Assembly (NCBI GenBank): GCA_018700535.1
Contig: JABITQ010000025.1
Location: 1 to 33,035 of the forward strand
Source: Candidatus Uhrbacteria bacterium
Lineage (GTDB): Bacteria; Patescibacteriota; Patescibacteriia; UBA9934; GWF2-40-263
Length of the DNA: 33,035 bases
Direction: 5' to 3'
The notes beneath the pieces are model-generated. The model saw nothing but the letters and a program-made list of their open reading frames with translations. It was not told the origin of the DNA and made no database searches. A program made the translations under genes and the position numbers. Positions 27,666 through 33,035 of the stretch are shown here, piece by piece; the stretch's first letter is position 1, and every line of letters starts with the position of its first letter.

Positions 27666-27829
27666 AACAACCACCCCTAACCCCTCCTTCCCCACACTTA
27701 AAAGGAGGGGGATATGAGCAGACGTTTCGAATCTCTGTTCCGGTCCCCCGCCTTGTAATAACTAGGAAGGAGGGGTTAGCCGTTCGAGGCTCTGAGGAGC
27801 CCTCAGGCTCTCGAAGAGGGGTGGTTGTT
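27666..27829. repeat. REP/MITE-like inverted-repeat element with nested palindrome
   Basis: AACAACCACCCCTAACCCCTCCTTCC ... GGAAGGAGGGGTTAG[insert]AGGGGTGGTTGTT; left arm also present at 26316-26360. Confidence 0.7.
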
Positions 27830-27849
27830 ATCGAAGTCAGAAATATTCT

Positions 27850-27878
27850 CAAACAAAATACGCACAACCCCGGTAAGG
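27850..27878 (-). repeat. 29-bp exact direct repeat, copy 1 (terminator)
   Basis: CAAACAAAATACGCACAACCCCGGTAAGG. Confidence 0.92.
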
Positions 27879-27918
27879 CTGTGCGTTGCGTATTCTTTGT
27901 CCGTCTATGACGACGGTG

Positions 27919-28428
27919 TCACTCCATCACATTGTCGAAGTACCTGCGTGCGAGATGCCACGGCAGGATGAGGGTCCTTGATGTGTACTTGTCAAAGACG
28001 AACGTCAGCATACACTCACGCTCATCCCCTTCAGCGCCACTTTCGAGATTGTCTCCCACGCGGAACTGCTGCGGAAGATTCGGATCATGGGTTGCCACAT
28101 GAAACATTGCTTCTGCAACATCGGTACCAAGACGCGTAAAACTGTGGGGTGAATTGTCATACCCCATAAATGATTCCAGGCTCACCGGCTGTGCAGTCAG
28201 CAAACGCTTGATGTCTACACAATCATCGAGCTCATGCCTTTCCTCTGCATCGCCTGAGACATGCAACCTGATGCTACATGCACCACCACCGTCTTCTCCA
28301 GCAAAGAATTCAACTTGAAACCTAATCCCTTCTCTACGTTCGAATTTGTTCACGAAGACAGGCTTGAGTCTCTTCATTCTGTCATCTCTGGGATCGAACT
28401 GAAAAACCTCTTGACTGGCACTGCCCAT
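27919..28428 (-). CDS. Hypothetical protein flanked by direct repeats
   Basis: AGGAG RBS; TTGACC upstream; lies between two copies of the 29-bp repeat. Confidence 0.75.
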   Translation of the reverse strand: MGSASQEVFQFDPRDDRMKRLKPVFVNKFERREGIRFQVEFFAGEDGGGACSIRLHVSGDAEERHELDDCVDIKRLLTAQPVSLESFMGYDNSPHSFTRLGTDVAEAMFHVATHDPNLPQQFRVGDNLESGAEGDERECMLTFVFDKYTSRTLILPWHLARRYFDNVME

Positions 28429-28495
28429 TGATCTCTCCTATGTGATCGACCTTAATCTCTCACAACTACTCCCACAGGTCAATCTCCTCACTCGG

Positions 28496-28524
28496 CAAAC
28501 AAAATACGCACAACCCCGGTAAGG
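28496..28524 (-). repeat. 29-bp exact direct repeat, copy 2 (upp terminator)
   Basis: Identical to 27850-27878. Confidence 0.92.
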
Positions 28525-28545
28525 TTGTGCGCTTGTCGTTACTTG

Positions 28546-29196
28546 CTACTTGCGCCACTGTCGGTCGCCGGCGTCGCCGAGACCTGGGACGATGAAGGCG
28601 TTTTCGTTGAGTTCGGGATCGATTGCTGTGACGTGGATCTTCACATCTCGGTGCTCTTTGTTCAAACGTGCAGCACCTGCATTTGCAGCGATGATTGCGA
28701 CATAGATGATCCTTTTGGCACCATGCTTTTTCAGGTGCGCCACTGCAGCGCAAGCTGAGCCTCCAGTCGCCAGCATCGGATCAAGTACGTAGCAGGTTGT
28801 TCCGCGTGAGATAACCTTGGGAACTTTGCTGCCTCTGAAGTTTGGTCGGTGTGTTTCTTCGTCACGATCCATGTCCATGTGCCAGACCAGCGCACCTGGG
28901 ATCATTTCTTGAAACGCACCAAGCATCCCCTGGCCAGCACGCATGATTGGAACGAAGGCGTGTGTAGACTCGAGAATGAAGGGAACCTGCGCACGCACCC
29001 CAAGAGGGGTCGTCACTTCCCCATTCTCGAGATGAAGACCCTCGAGCGCTTGGATTGCCATCATCATACTGAGGTGGTGCAGATACTGACGAAAAAGAAC
29101 GTTCGGAGTGTTCTCGTCGCGAAGCTTGCCCAGGAGCACTCGAGCAATCGGGTGCATGTTTATCGCAGCTTCAACAGACGGACGCATCGGACACAT
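28546..29196 (-). CDS. upp: Uracil phosphoribosyltransferase
   Basis: LRD, TPLG, PIMRAG, RDEET, LDPMLATGGS, IVPGLGDAGDR motifs; GGAG RBS before ATG 29196. Confidence 0.95.
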   Translation of the reverse strand: MCPMRPSVEAAINMHPIARVLLGKLRDENTPNVLFRQYLHHLSMMMAIQALEGLHLENGEVTTPLGVRAQVPFILESTHAFVPIMRAGQGMLGAFQEMIPGALVWHMDMDRDEETHRPNFRGSKVPKVISRGTTCYVLDPMLATGGSACAAVAHLKKHGAKRIIYVAIIAANAGAARLNKEHRDVKIHVTAIDPELNENAFIVPGLGDAGDRQWRK

Positions 29197-29294
29197 GAAT
29201 CTCTCCGTAATTTGGATTCGGGTGCATAATAGTCGATGTTCTAGATTCTGGCAAAACAAAAAACCCTCGATGATGTCGAGGGTTTTATTTTCTA

Positions 29295-30575
29295 TTATTC
29301 CCAACCTTCTCCTTGTCGCACCAGCAAATCATCAGCACGCAATGGCTCTGCCATTAAGTCCTTCACCACACGCTCCATGCGAGCACTTTGTGAACCCTTC
29401 ACCAACACAACATCGCCTTTATTAATCTCTCGATCAAGCCAACGCCCAGCCTCTACGGAATTTGTAAAATGATGCGTTTCTGTTTCAGGAATCCCCGCCT
29501 CAATCGCAGCACGACGCAAATCTTGCGCCATCTCCCCCACGGTCACAAGCACATCCACACCAACCTCTGCGGCATACATCCCGATCATACGATGCTCGTC
29601 CTCGGTGTACTGCCCAAGCTCAGCCATGTACCCAAGCGCAGCAATGCGTCGTGAGCTTTCTGCTGGAGAAAATTCTGCGAGCACATCGAGTGCTGCTTTC
29701 ATTGATGCTGGAGCTGCATTGTAACTTGAGTCGATAATGAGTGATCCTTTGATTCCAGCAAGTGGGTTCATGCGCCCAGGCTCGAACGTGATATCTGGAA
29801 TACCAGCCAAGATCTGCTCATTGCTCAACCCAAGGTGACGCGCAACGACGACTGCCGGAAGCACAGATGATGCACCGGAGCGCCCAAGAACATTTTCTAG
29901 TTGGATAACGAGAGGGTCGTGACTCTCTGCTTCTGTCGTGACAGACAGTGTTGAGAATACTTCCCCAGGCTCAAATGAGAAATCTTCTCTCGTATCTAAT
30001 GTGTAAGCAGTTGCCTGCAAATCAGCATTGGTTTGAAATCCATACGTGACGACAGGTGCAGATGCATGCTCTGTTAACCCCATCACCAACGAATCGTCGG
30101 CATTCATAACGCACAACCCTTCGCTGTCAGTCGCAGAGAGGATCTCTGCCTTTTCCTCCGCGAGTTGCTCAACAGATCGAAAGTACTCAGCGTGCACAGG
30201 AGAGATTCGTGTCAGCACACTCACTGAAGGTTTTGCCACATCTGTGAGATAGCTCATGTCGCCAGGGTGATCAACAGCGTATTCAAGAACAAATACCTCT
30301 GGCACGTTTATTGGTTTCATCAAGAGAATTCTGAGCCAACCAAGCACGGACTTACCAGGAGATGGTGCACCTAAAATAGTAAGCGGGACACCAAACTCGT
30401 TGTTGTAGTTTTTGTAGGTAGATCGCACGGTGTACTTTTCAGCCAAAACAGTAGCGATTGCATTGCGGGCGGAAGTCTTTCCGACAGACCCTGTCACAGC
30501 AACGATAATCGGTTTGTGCTCGGCAATAAGCTTTTGCGCTTTCTTTTTAATCTGTTTTTTGATGAAGTCTTTCAT
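29295..30575 (-). CDS. murF: UDP-N-acetylmuramoyl-tripeptide--D-Ala-D-Ala ligase
   Basis: VTGSVGKTS, NNEFGVPLT, GRM, IDSSYNA, M.ELG...H, LVKGSQ.ARME motifs. Confidence 0.93.
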   Translation of the reverse strand: MKDFIKKQIKKKAQKLIAEHKPIIVAVTGSVGKTSARNAIATVLAEKYTVRSTYKNYNNEFGVPLTILGAPSPGKSVLGWLRILLMKPINVPEVFVLEYAVDHPGDMSYLTDVAKPSVSVLTRISPVHAEYFRSVEQLAEEKAEILSATDSEGLCVMNADDSLVMGLTEHASAPVVTYGFQTNADLQATAYTLDTREDFSFEPGEVFSTLSVTTEAESHDPLVIQLENVLGRSGASSVLPAVVVARHLGLSNEQILAGIPDITFEPGRMNPLAGIKGSLIIDSSYNAAPASMKAALDVLAEFSPAESSRRIAALGYMAELGQYTEDEHRMIGMYAAEVGVDVLVTVGEMAQDLRRAAIEAGIPETETHHFTNSVEAGRWLDREINKGDVVLVKGSQSARMERVVKDLMAEPLRADDLLVRQGEGWE

Positions 30576-30582
30576 ATCATTG

Positions 30583-32352
30583 TTATTCAACACTCCTCAC
30601 AGGAGGGATCTCAAAATACTGTAGCAGAAACTCGGCGATCTCCCCAAAGAGTGGAGCGGCCGTAGACTCAGCCCAGAAGACGTCCTTTGGATTGTCGATC
30701 CGGACTACCATTGCAAAACGTGGATCTTCAACCGGACCAAAACCTGCGAATGACCCAATAGTTGAATCCTGACTATATCCTCCACTGCTACTAGCAACCT
30801 GCGCGGTTCCGGTTTTACCGGCAATATAATATCCAGGCACACCAGCCTGTGTTCCGTGACCATGCTCAATAACTGAGACGAGCATTGCAGCAATCGTACG
30901 TGCAGTCGACGGCTGGATTACCTGTGCAAGATCTTGTGAACTATGCACTTCCACTGATCCATCGTCATAACGAATCTCATCGATGATCTGCGGTTTTTTC
31001 AAAACACCTCCATTTGCAAGCGCTGCATAAGCCATTGCCATCTGAAGCGGCGTCACCGTAATCCCCTGTCCGTAAGATGCCGTCGCGGCGTAAATCTCTG
31101 CACCGATATCAAGCGAGGCGATTGTCCCGGCAGATTCTGTATCAAGCTCAATCCCCGTCTGCACACCAAACCCAAATGCTTTTACGTAATCTACAAACGC
31201 ATCCATTCCCATCTGCCGCATCGAGAAGATCATCCCTGTATTAATCGAGTCTTCCAGAACTTTTGTCATATCAACCATGCCGTACACTTTGCTCTCGGCA
31301 TTCCGAATAGGTTTTGGCCAACCCTCAACCATTGAATACCCTTTGTCCTCAAACAAAGTCTGTGGGCTCACTGCATCGGCATCAATTGCTGCCGCCATAG
31401 TGATTGGCTTAAAAATTGACCCAGGCTCATACGCATAAAAAATCGCTGGGTTATTAAACGCACGAATGCTTTCTACCTCGTTATATGCATTTGGATCATA
31501 ATCAGGCGCCCCACACATCGCGAGCACACGCCCTGTTGCCGGCTCAATAATCACCACAGACCCTCCGTCGGCATCATGTCGCTTAACAGCCTCCTGCAAT
31601 GATGAGCAGGCCATGTATTGAATCGTGCGGTCTAGTGACAAGACAATGTCAGCACCATCGACAGCAGGCTCGAGCGATTGATCTGCCACCGCAATAAGTC
31701 TCCCTGAAATATCGCGTTCAGATAATAAAGACCCCTCCTTACCAGAAAGCAGCTCATCAAAGTGACCTTCGATTCCATACTTACCAGATTCTGATCCATC
31801 TTCGTTTGTCCCCAAAAATCCAAGCACGTGCCCACTCATCTCTGCCTCTGGATACAAACGTGTTGGTTCGCGCACAAACGCAACCCCATCAAAATCAAAC
31901 GCGAGGATTTCGTCTAGCATCTCATCCCCCACCTCTCGCATGATCGGCTCGTAAGGGTCTTCCGGCTGATCTATCCGTTCTTCAAACGCATCAATTTTTT
32001 CCTCATCCCAACCAAAGACTCCACCAAGCGCTTCAGCAACTTCATCTGGCTCCTCGATTAATCTTGGATCGGCATACACAAATGCCAGGCGATGATTTGT
32101 CGCCACCGCAACCAAGGTCTCGTCTTTTTCGTCGTGCACAAAGACGGTTCCTCTGTCAGGAACAAGTTGTTGCAATAACTCGTGCTGACCGCTTGCAAGC
32201 GCATTGTAAAAGCCATGGTTGATTACCTGCAACCAAAACAATTTAATGACAATGACGGACGCAAAAAGAATCGCTCCCCATCGCAGCGCTTCAAGACGCA
32301 CATCACGATCAGAGCCTCTCGTTGTTTTCCATTTTTTCTTTGTCTGTCTCAT
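30583..32352 (-). CDS. ftsI: Class B penicillin-binding protein (FtsI/PBP2-type transpeptidase)
   Basis: N-terminal TM; RG.V, R.YP, G.YGIE, EPGSIFK (SxxK), SIN (SxN), KTGTAQ motifs. Confidence 0.9.
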   Translation of the reverse strand: MRQTKKKWKTTRGSDRDVRLEALRWGAILFASVIVIKLFWLQVINHGFYNALASGQHELLQQLVPDRGTVFVHDEKDETLVAVATNHRLAFVYADPRLIEEPDEVAEALGGVFGWDEEKIDAFEERIDQPEDPYEPIMREVGDEMLDEILAFDFDGVAFVREPTRLYPEAEMSGHVLGFLGTNEDGSESGKYGIEGHFDELLSGKEGSLLSERDISGRLIAVADQSLEPAVDGADIVLSLDRTIQYMACSSLQEAVKRHDADGGSVVIIEPATGRVLAMCGAPDYDPNAYNEVESIRAFNNPAIFYAYEPGSIFKPITMAAAIDADAVSPQTLFEDKGYSMVEGWPKPIRNAESKVYGMVDMTKVLEDSINTGMIFSMRQMGMDAFVDYVKAFGFGVQTGIELDTESAGTIASLDIGAEIYAATASYGQGITVTPLQMAMAYAALANGGVLKKPQIIDEIRYDDGSVEVHSSQDLAQVIQPSTARTIAAMLVSVIEHGHGTQAGVPGYYIAGKTGTAQVASSSGGYSQDSTIGSFAGFGPVEDPRFAMVVRIDNPKDVFWAESTAAPLFGEIAEFLLQYFEIPPVRSVE

Positions 32353-32397
32353 GGGTTTAAAACAAAAATAGAGCGGGGATAATCCCGCTCTATTTTA

Positions 32398-32844
32398 CTA
32401 CAGCTCAGAGAAATCGTCTTCACCCACAACACGTCCTAAGTACGCACTGTTTTCTCCGGTGTTTTCATTGTTGATAATTCGGATCAATTCACCGTTCTGT
32501 GCCTCGTAGTCGGTAAACGTATATTTGTCCTTCACCTCGGTGACAGATTCACCAACCACCTCGGTTACCATCCCCGCATCCGCGTAGGTAAACTCGTACT
32601 CTTTGTTTTGATAAAGCACTGCCTCATCTTCTGCCTCGATCAACTCTTGGATCTTTTCAAACAACACAAGTTCGTCTTCGTCTGCAACAACTGAGATCAT
32701 GCGTTCTTCACCATCATCATACAACCAACGCATCTCTTGTCCTCCCTTAAGGGTGATGATCGCGTGACCGATATGAGTGAACGGCTCGTTAAAAACACTT
32801 GCCGACTGCCCTGGCTCTTTCGCTAAAAATTGTTCAATCGTCAT
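32398..32844 (-). CDS. Acidic protein, DUF4178-like
   Basis: GGAGG RBS; W..D.G...ISV, Y...Y....AG, F.DYE..NG, Y.G pattern. Confidence 0.6.
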   Translation of the reverse strand: MTIEQFLAKEPGQSASVFNEPFTHIGHAIITLKGGQEMRWLYDDGEERMISVVADEDELVLFEKIQELIEAEDEAVLYQNKEYEFTYADAGMVTEVVGESVTEVKDKYTFTDYEAQNGELIRIINNENTGENSAYLGRVVGEDDFSEL

Positions 32845-32936
32845 AGCTCCTCCATTTAGACTTAACGCAAGCGATTATACACAAGGTTTGAACACTTGAA
32901 AAGGGTTTATTTTATGCCTAAACACAGCCCAAAGCA

Positions 32937-33035
32937 TTGACACAAGCCCATTTTAATGGTAGTCTCCCTGGTCCTTAAACTGGACCATGCTACCTCAAAC
33001 CAGAACAACCAACCGGAGAGAACATGCCGAGAGCA
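32937..33035 (+). promoter_or_regulatory. Cassette-type promoter and RBS, with start of a further gene at the window edge
   Basis: TTGACA-N17-TAGTCT with TG extension; GGAG then ATG at about 33024. Confidence 0.65.

Larger units (their letters stand above)
25032..27710 (+). repeat. Diverged tandem duplication of a whole expression unit (period 1365 bp)
   Basis: Promoter, leader (ATCATTTCAAGAGGTGAACGATGAGTGA), ORF, terminator (CATAGCAGTTGGTACGACACCA.CTGCTATTTTGTTTG) and REP-like arm all repeated. Confidence 0.9.

Noticed and set aside
4500-28500. Prophage
   Set aside because: No terminase, capsid, tail, integrase or replication genes; the ORFans are interleaved with ordinary chromosomal genes.
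1-33035. CRISPR array
   Set aside because: No series of identical repeats with regular unique spacers and no cas genes; the 29-bp repeat has two copies 646 bp apart.
1-33035. Genetic code 25 (TGA = Gly)
   Set aside because: Long conserved genes are uninterrupted in code 11, and TGA ends genes such as ftsI and ywbE at the expected positions.

Overview
This 33-kb window is bacterial chromosome, most likely CPR/Patescibacteria (inferred from the MurF, FtsI and Kef protein styles; standard genetic code). A few ordinary genes are present: PP2C phosphatase, Kef-type antiporter, CDF transporter, tRNA-Glu(CTC), a CSLREA/Pmp-repeat surface protein, DUF1905, ywbE, upp, murF and an FtsI-type PBP. Between them sit about 30 short, mostly unrecognisable genes in both orientations. 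Nearly all are built as stand-alone expression units: TTGACA-N17-TAnnnT promoter, strong GGAG ribosome-binding site, one ORF, and a hairpin terminator ending in T(4-6)GTTT. Unrelated ORFs share near-identical terminators, and there are orphan terminators, one apparently empty unit and whole-unit duplications. Together these suggest a gene-cassette turnover system, although no integrase is visible here. Several cargo ORFs look like degenerate known folds (Nudix without its box, resolvase-like, PilZ-like, GlcG/HbpS-like, TonB/AgmX C-terminal-like, and a tautomerase-like/RNAP alpha-CTD fusion). All domain calls are by eye, with no database search.
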